From: Polyangium jinanense | GTDB lineage: Bacteria; Myxococcota_A; Polyangia; Polyangiales; Polyangiaceae | Direction of reading: 5' to 3' | DNA: 26,896 nucleotides | NCBI RefSeq assembly: GCF_028435265.1 | Contig: NZ_JAGTJK010000012.1 | Span: 230,900-257,795 of the forward strand | Shown here: positions 1 through 8,115 of the stretch, piece by piece | How positions within the stretch are numbered: position 1 is the stretch's first letter | Layout: every line of letters begins with the position of its first letter | Made by a program: the position numbers and the translations under genes | The notes under the pieces: model-generated | The model's database searches: none | Told to the model about the DNA's origin: nothing | Seen by the model: the letters and a program-made list of their open reading frames with translations, nothing else

Positions 1-1865
1 AAGACGCCGTCGTCGCACATGTAGTCCTGCAGGTAATGCGCGCAGGTGCCCGAGGGCTCGTTGCACTCGTCGTACGTGCAGGCGACGCCGTCGTTGCAGT
101 TGACGGGCGGGCTGTTCATGCAGCCGAAGAGCGGGTTGCACGTCTCGACGCCGTCGCAGGCGAGGCCGTTGTTGCAGTAGTTGTTGTTCGGCGTGTTCGA
201 GCACGCGCCCGTCTGCGGGTCGCAGGTGTCGACGGTGCAGGTAATGCCGTCGTTGCAGGTGACCGGCGCGCCCGCCTTGCAGACGACGTCGCAGTACTCG
301 GTGCCGTTGCAAGCGTTGCCGTCGTCGCACTGGGCGTTCGTCGTGCAGGGCTGGGCCGTGGTGCAGCCGCCGACGAGCGGGACGCAGAGCTCGCCCGCGG
401 GACACTTGGTGCTGTCGGCCGAGGAGCTGCAGGTGCCCGACGGCTCCTGACAAGCCTCGTTCGTGCAGGCGATGCCGTCGGACGGGCAAACCACGGGCGA
501 GCCCGCCTTGCAGCCGGTCACGGCGGCGCCGCCGGCCGGGTCGCAGGCCTCGACGCCGTTGCAAGCGAGGCCGTCGCTGCAGGCCGCGTCGTTCGGGGAG
601 AACACGCACTTCTGCAGCGCGCTCGAGCAGCTATCGGCCGTGCAGGAGAGGTTGTCGTTGCAGACGACCGGGGCGCCGGCCTGGCAGCCGAGGCCGACCT
701 CACACGTCTCTTCGCCGGTGCAGAAGTCGTTGTCGTCGCAGGCCGCGTCGTTCGGCGCGTGCGCGCAGGTGTCGTTGGCCTCGCTACAGCTATCGGAGGT
801 GCAGGCGATGCCGTCGCTACAGTCGACCGGCGTGCCGGGCTTGCAGCCGGCGACCTTGTCGCAGGTCTCGGCGCCGTTGCAGAACGCGCCGTCCGAGCAG
901 TTGCCGTCGTTCTCGACGTGCTTGCAGCCGCCGCTGGCCTGATCGCAGAAGTCGTCGGTGCAGGCGACGCCGTCGTCGCAGTTGAGCGGCGTCCCTGCCT
1001 TGCACCCGAGCACGCCGCACGTCTCGACGCCGTCGCAGGCGATGTTGTTGTCGCAGAGCGCGTTGTTCGGCGTGTTCGTGCAGCCGTCGAACTGCTCGTT
1101 GCAGGTGTCGACGGTGCACGAGATGCCGTCGTCGCAGGGTGGGCCGGAGCTCGGCGTGCACCCGGTGCCGGGCGCGCCGTTTTCGGGATCGCAGATCTCG
1201 TCGCCGTCGCAGAACAGCCCGTTGTCGCACATCGTGTCGGTCGGCACGCGGATGCATGCGCCGGACACGCACGCGTCCGCGGTACACCCGATGGCGTCGT
1301 CGCAGTCGGCGTTCGTCACGCACGCGGGCTGGCCGCCCGAACCGCCGGTGCCGGGCATGCCACCCATGCCGCCGCTGGCGGGCATGCCACCCATGCCACC
1401 GCTGGCGGGCATGCCACCCATGCCGCCGCTGGCGGGCATGCCACCCATGCCGCCGCTGGCGGGCATGCCACCCATGCCGCCGCTGCCGGCCATCACGCCA
1501 CCTGCGCCGCCGATGCCGCCTGCGCCGCCGATGCCGCCAGCGCCGCCGATGCCACCGCTGCCGCCGGAACCACCGATGCCACCGGAACCACCGATGCCGC
1601 CGCTGCCACCGTTGCCGCCGCTGCCGGCCATCACGCCGCCAGCGCCGCCGATGCCGCCGCTGCCACCGTTGCCGCCAGCGCCGCCGTTACCGCCGTTCCC
1701 GCCGGAGCCGGCCATCATGCCGCCGATGCCGCCGCTCCCGCCGGAGCCGGTCGTGCTCCCCGTGGTTGGGGTGGTCGCACCGTCGCCACAGCCGATCGCG
1801 GCGACCGCCACCCACGCGAACCAATGACGTCGTAATCTTCGCCGCTCCAGCATCGCCCTCTCCAT
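1..1865 (-). CDS. Secreted lipoprotein with an N-terminal Gly-rich low-complexity linker and Myxococcus-type cysteine-rich repeats. It is partial: the C-terminus lies beyond the window start.
   Basis: I translated the minus frame with codons at 3k..3k+2 by hand. Start: ATG at 1865-1863 or ATG at 1853-1851, the latter with GGAGAGGG 6 nt upstream. N-terminus: MERAMLERRRLRRHWFAWVAVAAIGCGDGATTPTTGSTTGSGG. That is a basic n-region, a hydrophobic h-region and a lipobox-like AIGC. Next come GGSGGIGG and GMGGMPASG repeat tracts. From about 1330 to position 1 the frame encodes Cys-rich repeats, for example NCDDGVAC and ENDGNCSDGAFCNGAETCD. This matches the Myxococcus cysteine-rich repeat pattern (TIGR02232-like), identified from memory. 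The M-to-stop ORF track omits this frame because the gene has no stop inside the window. Confidence 0.7.
   Translation of the reverse strand, partial: MERAMLERRRLRRHWFAWVAVAAIGCGDGATTPTTGSTTGSGGSGGIGGMMAGSGGNGGNGGAGGNGGSGGIGGAGGVMAGSGGNGGSGGIGGSGGIGGSGGSGGIGGAGGIGGAGGIGGAGGVMAGSGGMGGMPASGGMGGMPASGGMGGMPASGGMGGMPASGGMGGMPGTGGSGGQPACVTNADCDDAIGCTADACVSGACIRVPTDTMCDNGLFCDGDEICDPENGAPGTGCTPSSGPPCDDGISCTVDTCNEQFDGCTNTPNNALCDNNIACDGVETCGVLGCKAGTPLNCDDGVACTDDFCDQASGGCKHVENDGNCSDGAFCNGAETCDKVAGCKPGTPVDCSDGIACTSDSCSEANDTCAHAPNDAACDDNDFCTGEETCEVGLGCQAGAPVVCNDNLSCTADSCSSALQKCVFSPNDAACSDGLACNGVEACDPAGGAAVTGCKAGSPVVCPSDGIACTNEACQEPSGTCSSSADSTKCPAGELCVPLVGGCTTAQPCTTNAQCDDGNACNGTEYCDVVCKAGAPVTCNDGITCTVDTCDPQTGACSNTPNNNYCNNGLACDGVETCNPLFGCMNSPPVNCNDGVACTYDECNEPSGTCAHYLQDYMCDDGV
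1353..1745. repeat. In-frame tandem DNA repeats inside the lipoprotein gene. Five near-perfect 27-bp units (gggcatgccacccatgccgccgctggc) span 1353-1487. Degenerate 18-bp units (cctgcgccgccgatgccg and variants) span roughly 1491-1745.
   Basis: Direct reading of the sequence. Units 1, 3 and 4 are identical. Unit 2 differs by one base. Unit 5 diverges at its 3' end. On the minus strand they encode the (ASGGMGGMP)n and (GGIGGA / GGSGGN)n tracts. Confidence 0.9.
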
Positions 1866-1969
1866 GCAAGAAGCCGTCTGAACGCCACAGCGTAAGCGAA
1901 AAACTTCAACGTCGGAGGATGGTAAATGTTGTTACCACTCCATCCGTCCACGGTTGTTGCTAAAACTAC

Positions 1970-2971
1970 ATGTTTGGTGATCAGGAACACCTGGCGCGCG
2001 GGTTCGGGCCGGGGGCGTACGTGCTGGGCGCGACGCTCTCGACGCCGCGGCGGCGCTGGGCCAGAAGGGCTCGGATGCAGGAGACTCGTCCGGGGATCCC
2101 CTCCCGGCTCCTCGATCCCGCCTTCGTTCGCGAGCTCGAGGTGCTCAGGCGCAGGCTCGAGATCCGCGCGCGATCGGGCGCCTCGGGCGAGCACGTGGCG
2201 CGACGGCGCGGCGGTTCGGCGGAGTTCCAGGAGCACAGGCCCTACAGCCCCGGCGACGACCTGCGCCGCATCGACTGGGCCGCCTACGCGCGCACCGACG
2301 AGCCCGTGCTGAAGCTCTTCCGCGCCGAGGAAGACGTGATCGTGCGGCTGCTCGTGGACACGTCCGCGAGCCTCGATTTCGGCGAGCCGCCGAAGTTCGA
2401 GGCGGCCTGCCGCATCGCCGCGGCGTTCGGGTACATGGCGCTCGCGGCCTCGGAGCGTGCGCAGGTGATCTCGGCCGGGGAGGGGATTCAACGCGAGGAG
2501 ACGCCGGTGCGGGGCCGGAGTGGTCTTCCGGCGTTGCTCCGCGCCCTCTCCGGGATCACGCCGCGGGGTGGGACGGACCTCGCGCGGGCCATCGATCGGC
2601 TGATACAAAAGAACAAGCGTGCAGGGATGCTCCTCGTCGTCTCCGATTTCCTCGACGGCGGGCCGCTCGGCCCCGCGCTCACCCGCGCGGCCGCGGCCGG
2701 GCACGATCTCGTGCTCGTGCAGGTCGTCGCGCCCGAGGAAATCGAGCCTTCCTACGAAGGCGACTGGGCCCTCGAGGACGCCGAGACCGGCGCGGTCGTC
2801 GAGGTGACCATGGATGCCGCGGCGATCGAAGCGTACGTGTTGCGTTTCGCGGGTCTCTGCGAGGAGCTCAGGCAATTGGCGAAGCGGCTGCGCGCGACGT
2901 ACGTGCGGGTTCGGACGGACGAACCCCTGGAGAGCGCGATCCGGCGGATCGTCGCCAGGAGCATCGACTGA
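1970..2971 (+). CDS. DUF58 family protein (vWA-like fold, usually MoxR-associated) and first gene of a Bat-like operon
   Basis: The ORF contains the DUF58 signature GEHVARRRGGSAEFQEHRPYSPGDDLRRIDWAAYARTDEPVLKLFRAEED, recognised from memory. Its stop TGA (2969-2971) directly abuts the ATG of the next gene at 2972. The start is uncertain: ATG 1970 has no SD, and the first six codons have low GC3. Alternatives are GTG 2021 and ATG 2075, the latter preceded by AGAAGGG. Confidence 0.8.
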   Translation: MFGDQEHLARGFGPGAYVLGATLSTPRRRWARRARMQETRPGIPSRLLDPAFVRELEVLRRRLEIRARSGASGEHVARRRGGSAEFQEHRPYSPGDDLRRIDWAAYARTDEPVLKLFRAEEDVIVRLLVDTSASLDFGEPPKFEAACRIAAAFGYMALAASERAQVISAGEGIQREETPVRGRSGLPALLRALSGITPRGGTDLARAIDRLIQKNKRAGMLLVVSDFLDGGPLGPALTRAAAAGHDLVLVQVVAPEEIEPSYEGDWALEDAETGAVVEVTMDAAAIEAYVLRFAGLCEELRQLAKRLRATYVRVRTDEPLESAIRRIVARSID

Positions 2972-4966
2972 ATGTCCTCGCCGCTCGATCTGCTCGCGCC
3001 GAAAGGGCTCGCGCTCCTGGGGCTGCTCGGCCCGCTCGTGCTGCTCTACATCCTGAAGGTGCGGCGGAAGAGGAAGCGCGTCGCGTCGACGTGGCTGTGG
3101 GCCTCGGCGAAGCGGGACCTCATCGCGCGTTCGCCGTTCCAGAAGCTCATCGCGCAGGTGCCGCTCATCCTGCAGGCGCTGGCATTGCTGCTGCTCGCGT
3201 TCGCGCTCGCGCGGCCGGCGACACGCGGAAGGGCGATCACGGGGGATCACCTCGCGATCATCGTGGACGCGAGCGCGTCGATGTCGGCGCAGAGCGCGGC
3301 CGGCGCGGAGACGAAGACGCGGATGGAGCTCGCGCGCAAGGTCGCGGAGGACATCCTGTCGTCGCTCGGTCCGGGCAGCGACGCGCTCCTGCTCGAAGCG
3401 GGGCGTGATGCGCGCGTGGTGGCGCCGCTCGATCGCGACGCGGTCCGGCTGAAGGCCGCGCTGAAAACGCTGCGCGTGCACGACGTGGAGGGCGACCTCG
3501 GCGCGGCCGTGGCGCTCGCGGTGGATCGGCTGCGGCAGCTCGGCGGATCGCGGCGGATCGTGGTGATCACGGACGGCAATCTCGCCGCGCCGGCGGCGCT
3601 CGCGGGAGCGTCCTTGCCGATCGAGGTGATCACCGTGGGCACGCCGGTGGAGAACGCGGCCATCGTGCGCGTCGACGTGCGGTCGGGGATCGAGCCGACG
3701 CTGAAGCGCGAGCAGGTGCAGGCGTTCCTCGTGATCGCGAACTTCGGCAAGGCGCCGCGCGAGCTCTACGTGACGATGCGCGAGGACAACGCGTCGGACG
3801 TACTCGCGTCGCGGAAGATCCTGGTCGCGCCGGGCGAACGCCAGGCCGTGGTGCTCGACTTCCTGCCGGCGCCCGGCGACTACCGGCGTGGGCTCATTTT
3901 CGACATCGCGCCGCACGACGCGATGGAGGTCGACGACGCGGCCTTCGCGCGCGTGCCGGCCGGGGACAAACTCCCCGTGGCGTACGCGGCGCCCGATACG
4001 CAGAAGATGTCGCCGTGGATCGAGCGGGCGATCCTCAGCGATCCGGCGACGACGCTGAAGACGCTTTCGGTGACGGAGCTCGCGCAGCCGGCCGCGGTCG
4101 AGATGGACGCGTTCGTCGTGGTGGAGGGCGCGTGTCCGGACTTCGTGCCGGGCGGGGATCTCCTGATCGTCGCGCCGCCCGCGGGTCGATGCTTCGGCAC
4201 CGTGGTCGGAAGGACGCTCGAAGCGCCGTCGATCACGTCGTGGGAGAGCGGCGACGCGCGCATGCGGTTTCTCTCGCTCGACGGTGTCTCGATCTCGCGC
4301 GCGGCCGCGCTCAAGCCCGAGGGCCCCACGCAGGAGCTCATCCGTACGCAGGACGGCACGATCGCGACCGACATCTCCACGCCGACGCGCACGGGCACGC
4401 TACTCGGCTTCGACGTTGGCGACAGCGACTGGCCGCTCAAGGCGAGCTTCGTGCTCTTCATGCGGAACCTCCTCGAGCAAGCGCGCATCCATCGCGCGCA
4501 CGGCATCACGGGGCCCGCGCGCGCCGGCGAGCCCTTGCGCGTACGCCTGCCCGCGTCGGCGAAGGACGTCGAGGTGAAAGGCCCGACGGGCGATCGGCTC
4601 GACGTGTCGCTGCGGAACGGGCTCGCCGTCGTGCCGGAGATCTCGAAGGTCGGCCTCTATCAACTCTCGTGGCAAGGCCCCGAGGGCGGCGCGCTCGTGG
4701 CCCCGGCGAACCTCACGAGCGCGGCCGAGAGTGATCTCGGCAGCGTCATGGCCCCGGCCGGAGCGGGCAAGGACGAGATCAAGGTGACGGCCGCGGGCAC
4801 GGAGCCCGACGCGCACAACGAGTGGAGCTGGGTGCTCGCGCTCGTGGCGCTCGGCTTCGTGGTCTTCGACATCTGGTACCTCACGCGCAAGCCGCGCCTC
4901 GCGCCCGCCGCCGCGCCCGCTGCACCGAAGCGGCCGCCGACGCCGGAGAGGAGGGCCGCGGCGTGA
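2972..4966 (+). CDS. BatA-like membrane protein: an N-terminal two-TM aerotolerance-regulator domain, a VWA domain and a C-terminal TM anchor
   Basis: N-terminus GLALLGLLGPLVLLYILKVRRKRKR ... VPLILQALALLLLAFALARP gives two TM helices in BatA-N style. A VWA MIDAS-like motif follows (LAIIVDASASMSA). A C-terminal TM helix is present (WSWVLALVALGFVVFDIWYL). AGGAG lies 11 nt upstream. The stop TGA (4964-4966) overlaps the GTG start of the next gene (GTGA). Confidence 0.85.
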   Translation: MSSPLDLLAPKGLALLGLLGPLVLLYILKVRRKRKRVASTWLWASAKRDLIARSPFQKLIAQVPLILQALALLLLAFALARPATRGRAITGDHLAIIVDASASMSAQSAAGAETKTRMELARKVAEDILSSLGPGSDALLLEAGRDARVVAPLDRDAVRLKAALKTLRVHDVEGDLGAAVALAVDRLRQLGGSRRIVVITDGNLAAPAALAGASLPIEVITVGTPVENAAIVRVDVRSGIEPTLKREQVQAFLVIANFGKAPRELYVTMREDNASDVLASRKILVAPGERQAVVLDFLPAPGDYRRGLIFDIAPHDAMEVDDAAFARVPAGDKLPVAYAAPDTQKMSPWIERAILSDPATTLKTLSVTELAQPAAVEMDAFVVVEGACPDFVPGGDLLIVAPPAGRCFGTVVGRTLEAPSITSWESGDARMRFLSLDGVSISRAAALKPEGPTQELIRTQDGTIATDISTPTRTGTLLGFDVGDSDWPLKASFVLFMRNLLEQARIHRAHGITGPARAGEPLRVRLPASAKDVEVKGPTGDRLDVSLRNGLAVVPEISKVGLYQLSWQGPEGGALVAPANLTSAAESDLGSVMAPAGAGKDEIKVTAAGTEPDAHNEWSWVLALVALGFVVFDIWYLTRKPRLAPAAAPAAPKRPPTPERRAAA

Positions 4967-7900
4967 TTCCGAGTCACTTGCGCCCGTACGTGCCCTTCGT
5001 GGTCGTCGGCCTCGGCCTGCTCGTGTTCGTCCTGATCGCCCGGTGGGTGATCCGCGAGGCGGGCCTGACGAAACGCAAGATCCTGCTCACGGGGATGATC
5101 GTCGGCGCGCTGCCGGCGCTCTACGTGGGCCTCGTCTGGACGGGCCTCGTCCCCGGCGGTTACCTGCGCCTCGCGCGGCCGCAGATCGCCCTGCTCGCGC
5201 TCGCGTCGACCATGTTCGTCGCGTACCGCATGGCGACGGGCTGGACGAACCAGGGCCCGCTGCGCACGCGGCTCGGCGATCTCCTCGCCCAGCTCGCGAC
5301 GTTCATCGCGGCCATGGCCGCCGCCGGGCCCGAGCTCGGCCGTCCGCTCGATCGGCTCACCGTGCTCGTCGCGATCGACCGCAGCCGCTCGATCGACCTC
5401 GTCCCGAGCGCCGAGCAGCGCATCAAGCAAGAGCTCGCGGTGGCCGAGCTCGGCATGCGCGAGGAAGATCGGATCGGCACGATCATCTTCGGCGCGGACG
5501 CGGCGACGGAGGATCCGCCGCGGCCGAAGTCGGACCTGCCGGCGCCGCAACGTGTCTCCATCGGGCGCGACGGGACCGACCTCGGCGCGGCGATCCGGCG
5601 CGCGCTGGCCGAAGTGCCCGCCGACAGCGCCGCGCGCATCGTGGTGCTCTCGGACGGCGTGGCGACGCGCGGCGACACCATGGCCGCGGCCGCGGCGGCC
5701 GTGGCGGCGGAGATCCCGGTCGACGTGGTTCCGCTCGAACAACGCTCGATCCCGGACATCCGCGTGGTCGCGTTGCGAGCGCCGACGCGCGCGGACGAGG
5801 GCGAGCCCATCGATCTGCGCCTCGTGACCTCGTCGCCGAGCCCGGCCGCGATCCAGATCCGGCTCCGGCGCGACGGCGAGCTCATCGCGGAGTCGGGCGC
5901 GAAGATCGCCGCGGGCGAGGACGTCCTGCGCATCCGCGAGAAGGCGCCCGGCCCCGGGTTCCACCGCTACGACGTGGAGATCACCGCGGCCGATCCGACG
6001 CTCGATCAATCGCCCGAGGACAACGCGGGCAGCGCTTTTATGCGCGTGCGAGGTCAGGCCTCGGCGCTCGTGCTCGACGGGGACGCGGGCAAGACGACGT
6101 TCGTCGCGCGCGCACTCGAGGCCGCGGCGTTCAAGGTGGACGAGGGCTCGACGAGCAGCGTGCCCGCGGATCTCGCGGGGCTCGTCGGCTACGACCTCGT
6201 CGTGATGGGCGACGTGCGCGCCTCGGATCTCTCGCCCGGCCAGATCGACGCGCTCGCGAGTTACGTGCGCGACCTCGGCGGCGGCCTGCTGCTCATGGGC
6301 GGCGATCGCAGCATGGGCCCGGGCGGGTACGCGCGCACGCCGCTCGAAGAGGTCTCTCCGGTTTCGTTTGACCTCAAACAAGAACGTCGCCGCGCGAGCC
6401 TGGCCGAGGTGATCGGCATCGACATCTCTGGCTCGATGGCAGCCAATGCCGGCGCGCATACCAAGCTCGAGCTCGCGAACGAGGCGGCCGCCCGCAGCGC
6501 CGCGTTGCTCGGCACCGGCGATCGGCTCGGCGTGCTGCACGTGGACACCGAGGTCAACTGGAGCGTCCCGCTCGGCCCGGTGAGCGACAAGGGCGCGATC
6601 GACAAAGCGATCCGCGGCGTCGGTCCCGGCGGCGGCGGCATTCTCGTCGACATCACGCTCGAAGCTGCGTACGCCGCGCTCGCGAAGGAGAAGGTCAACC
6701 TCAAGCACGTGCTGCTCTTCGCCGACGGCTCCGACGCCGAGCAGATGGGCCCGTGCCGCACGATGGTCTCGAACGCGCTGCGCGCCGGCATCACGACGAG
6801 CGTGGTCGCCCTCGGCAACGGCGGCGACGTGCCCGAGCTCGAGACGCTCTCGCGCCTCGGCAGCGGCCGCTTCTACCTCATCGAGGACGCAAACCGCCTG
6901 CCCGCGGTCTTCACGCAGGAGACGATCCTCGCGGCGCGCTCGTCGATCGTCGAGAAAGAGTTCCGCGTCGCCCGCAGCGCGCCTTCGCCCATCCTCTCGG
7001 GCGTGCCCCTCGACGAAGCCCCCTCGCTCGACGGGTACGTCGTGGGGATCCCGAAGGGCCGCGCGAGCGTGCTCATGACCGGGCCCGAGGGGGATCCGAT
7101 CCTTGCCGTGTGGTCGGCGGGCGTCGGTCGATCCGGCGCGTTCACGAGCGACCTCAAGGATCGCTGGGGCCGACGCTGGACCACGTGGCCCGGCGCGGCG
7201 CGGCTCGTCGGCCAGCTCGCGCGTGACCTCACGCGCAAGGGCGAGGACGGCCGCGTGCGCGTCGAGGCCGACGCCTCGGGCGGTGAGCTTCACGTGCGCG
7301 CCACGGTCGTCGGCGACGACGGTCGCGCGCAGTCGTTCCGCCGCTTGATGGTGCGCGTCGCCGGGCCCGACGGGTTCGTCCGCGAGACCGCGCTCGAAGC
7401 GACGGGCGCCGGCGCATATGCCGCCTCGATCCCGCTCTCGCGTCCCGGCACGTACATCGCGATCGCGAAGGACGAGCAGTCGGGCGACGTCGTCGGCACG
7501 GCGGGCGCAGCGCTCACGGCCGGCGAGGAGCTGCGGCCCACGGGCTCCGACGCGGCGCTGCTCGGTCGCATCGCGGACCTCACGGGCGGCAAGCGCCGCG
7601 ACACACTCGCGGGCATCTTCGGCGACCGCGCCGCGCGGCGTTTCTCCTACCAGGACATCACACCCCTCCTGATCGCGATGGCCGGCTTCGCGCTCCTCCT
7701 CGCGGTCGCGGCGCGCCGCTTCGCGTTGCCGGAGCCCGTCCTCGCGTGGGCTGCGCGCGCGCGCGCCGCGCTGCAACCGAAGCCCACGGAGGCCCACGCG
7801 GGCCCCGATCCGCGTTCGCCCGACGCCGTCGTCGGCGCGCTCCTGCAAGCGAAAGAGCGCGCCGCTCGCGAGCGCGCCGCCCGCGAGGCCCCACTCCCCG

Positions 7901-8106
7901 CGGCGTCGGCCGCCACGCTCGCGCAGCCCTCCGCGCCGACGCCGCACGCGCCTCCACCGGCCGCCGCGAGGCCACAGGCGCCGTCCCCGAGCGCAGCCCC
8001 GCAACCGCCCGCAGGTGCGGCGCCGCCCGCCGGCCCGCCGCAGCCCCGCGCGCTCACGGCCGCCGAGATCCTCCTCGCGCGCCGCAAAGGCCAGCCGCGC
8101 TCCTGA
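4963..8106 (+). CDS. Large membrane protein with two TM helices at the N-terminus, two VWA domains, and a C-terminal TM helix followed by an Ala/Pro-rich tail (BatB/BatC-like)
   Basis: GTG 4963 is preceded by GGAGAGGAGGG at a 7-nt spacer and overlaps the upstream stop. TM helices appear immediately: VPFVVVGLGLLVFVLIARWVI and ILLTGMIVGALPALYVGLVWTGLV. VWA-like regions: LVAIDRSRSIDLVPSAEQR... and GIDISGSMAANAGAHTKLELANEAAARSAALLGTGDRLGVL, the latter with a DxSGS MIDAS motif. C-terminal TM helix: ITPLLIAMAGFALLLAVAA. A low-complexity tail follows (APTPHAPPPAAARPQAPSPSAAPQPP). I rejected the ORF-track start at 4822: it would overlap the upstream gene by 145 nt and add a non-membrane leader. Confidence 0.8.
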   Translation: MIPSHLRPYVPFVVVGLGLLVFVLIARWVIREAGLTKRKILLTGMIVGALPALYVGLVWTGLVPGGYLRLARPQIALLALASTMFVAYRMATGWTNQGPLRTRLGDLLAQLATFIAAMAAAGPELGRPLDRLTVLVAIDRSRSIDLVPSAEQRIKQELAVAELGMREEDRIGTIIFGADAATEDPPRPKSDLPAPQRVSIGRDGTDLGAAIRRALAEVPADSAARIVVLSDGVATRGDTMAAAAAAVAAEIPVDVVPLEQRSIPDIRVVALRAPTRADEGEPIDLRLVTSSPSPAAIQIRLRRDGELIAESGAKIAAGEDVLRIREKAPGPGFHRYDVEITAADPTLDQSPEDNAGSAFMRVRGQASALVLDGDAGKTTFVARALEAAAFKVDEGSTSSVPADLAGLVGYDLVVMGDVRASDLSPGQIDALASYVRDLGGGLLLMGGDRSMGPGGYARTPLEEVSPVSFDLKQERRRASLAEVIGIDISGSMAANAGAHTKLELANEAAARSAALLGTGDRLGVLHVDTEVNWSVPLGPVSDKGAIDKAIRGVGPGGGGILVDITLEAAYAALAKEKVNLKHVLLFADGSDAEQMGPCRTMVSNALRAGITTSVVALGNGGDVPELETLSRLGSGRFYLIEDANRLPAVFTQETILAARSSIVEKEFRVARSAPSPILSGVPLDEAPSLDGYVVGIPKGRASVLMTGPEGDPILAVWSAGVGRSGAFTSDLKDRWGRRWTTWPGAARLVGQLARDLTRKGEDGRVRVEADASGGELHVRATVVGDDGRAQSFRRLMVRVAGPDGFVRETALEATGAGAYAASIPLSRPGTYIAIAKDEQSGDVVGTAGAALTAGEELRPTGSDAALLGRIADLTGGKRRDTLAGIFGDRAARRFSYQDITPLLIAMAGFALLLAVAARRFALPEPVLAWAARARAALQPKPTEAHAGPDPRSPDAVVGALLQAKERAARERAAREAPLPAASAATLAQPSAPTPHAPPPAAARPQAPSPSAAPQPPAGAAPPAGPPQPRALTAAEILLARRKGQPRS

Positions 8107-8115
8107 AAAACCGCT

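Noticed and set aside
1353-1745. CRISPR array suspected from the regular short repeats
   Set aside because: The repeats are contiguous with no spacers, lie in frame within a coding region, and encode Gly-rich peptide repeats. They are not CRISPR.
36-1835. A 599-aa plus-strand ORF, and other plus-strand ORFs at 181-450, 463-942 and 958-1827, overlying the lipoprotein gene
   Set aside because: They are same-register or shifted antisense frames kept open by about 75% GC. Their products are low-complexity Ala/His/Pro strings with no signal peptide or domain. The minus frame gives a coherent lipoprotein with regular Cys repeats and an SD-preceded start.
4822-4962. ORF-track N-terminal extension of the large VWA protein starting at ATG 4822
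   Set aside because: It would overlap the upstream BatA-like gene by 145 nt. GTG 4963 has a strong GGAGAGGAGGG SD, overlaps the upstream stop in typical coupled fashion, and places the start right before the first TM helix.
4660-8004. A 1114-aa minus-strand ORF antisense to the large VWA gene, and similar long antisense ORFs at 1715-3916, 8482-9801, 15330-16238, 19527-20867, 20981-22471 and 23753-26338
   Set aside because: They are Arg/Ala/Gly-rich with no motifs. Each lies opposite a gene with clear domain signatures. This is the classic high-GC antisense-ORF artifact.
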